From: Octopus vulgaris
Taxonomy: Eukaryota
DNA: 64,000 nt
Direction of reading: 5' to 3'
Assembly (NCBI GenBank): GCA_951406725.2
Contig: OX597835.1
Span: forward strand, 23,064,001 to 23,128,000
Both the position numbers and the translations under genes were made by a program. Positions 63,031 through 64,000 of this stretch are shown here, piece after piece. Numbering within the stretch: position 1 is the first letter of the stretch; each line of letters starts with the position of its first letter. The notes under the pieces were generated by a model, which was given only the letters and a program-made list of their open reading frames with translations, was not told where the DNA came from and made no database searches.

Positions 63031-63480
63031 CCTAAGAGGCTGTTTTGTTGATCGGACCAACTAGAACCCATGTTGTCGTAAATGACAGTGCCAGTTAAAC
63101 ACACACACACACACTTGTGTATCATGCTTAAAGCAGACACATCATTGAAAGCCTAATGAACTTCAGTATTCATCTTAAGATAACATCTCTAATAGACATA
63201 CAGTGTTAAAAAAAAAACAGAAATACAGCAGTAAACACTATGTCTATAAGTGATGCTGTCTCAGGATAAATACAGTTGATTAGGCTTTCAATAATGTATT
63301 AATATGTCTGCTTTGAATATGATACAAAGATTGCTGTTTTAAACTAATACTCCTCTGTTGCATACAACATACCTACATACATATAATTGTTTGTTTTCAT
63401 GTTCAGTTATAATAAAAACAATTTTACATTAATCTGAAGGGTTACTCTATATTTGTGTAGAGTACAAATTTATTATTTTG

Positions 63481-63591
63481 ATACAAGAATGTTGTTGACA
63501 GTGACTTTGAGGTTTCAGTCAGCTAAGCCATCAGCCAATGATTGCTTAGCTGACTGAAACCTCAAAATCACTGTCAACAATATTCTTGTAT
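63481..63591. repeat. Long near-perfect palindrome (about 53-bp arms)
   Basis: ATACAAGAATGTTGTTGACAGTGACTTTGAGGTTTCAGTCAGCTAAGC / reverse complement with 2-3 mismatches; 5-nt loop. Confidence 0.9.
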
Positions 63592-64000
63592 AAGAATAAT
63601 AAATATGCATATATATTTTACAAATTTCAATATTTCAGGCTTTGGCCATGCTATAACACCATCTCTAAAGATATAACCAGTTATATAAGCTCCAGAAATA
63701 TGACTGGTACTTATTTTATCAAATCTATAAACTCAACATTAATGTCCATTCCTCCTCCTCCTTTGGCTGCTAACTTCTCACCTTCTCCATCTCATACAAA
63801 ATATTTTTTTCCGTCCAGTCTTTCCTCCCAGATTAGCAACCCTCAAAGTCTGGAACCCTCACAATATCAAACTTTTTCCTGCAAATATCCATTTACAGAT
63901 GTCCTAGCTACCTGAACGTCAGATTATGCTCATCCCACTCCAATCTTGGAGAACATGCAACAACCACCAATACTGGCCTTCCAACAAATTCAGGAAAAAG

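Overview
AT-rich, repeat-dense eukaryotic DNA. The SINE families and the (AAT)n/(TA)n microsatellite tails point to a coleoid cephalopod, most likely Octopus (inferred from recalled repeat families). Three protein-coding genes can be rebuilt by hand with phase-consistent GT-AG splice sites. (1) The 5' part of SPAG17/PF6 (minus strand, 9 coding exons from 26870 to 2731; it continues beyond the window start). (2) An intronless MECR (plus strand, 29701-30822, 373 aa), head-to-head with SPAG17. (3) A complete 10-exon OSCP1 (minus strand, 51690-36379, 382 aa), tail-to-tail with MECR. Both ciliary genes have RFX X-box motifs upstream. The rest is tRNA-derived SINEs, non-autonomous Helitrons, hAT/Tc1-mariner/piggyBac-type MITEs, LINE remnants, a probable solo LTR and several tandem arrays. 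Most notable observations: minimal type-I hammerhead ribozyme motifs of the Penelope-like-element type, two of them inside inverted duplications; a 40-bp satellite amplified from a MITE terminus in the SPAG17/MECR intergenic region; a hairpin-forming 30-bp array in the probable OSCP1 3'UTR; and several perfect fold-back palindromes and templated insertions. All homology calls come from recalled sequences and motifs, not from database searches. Repeat boundaries are approximate unless termini are quoted.
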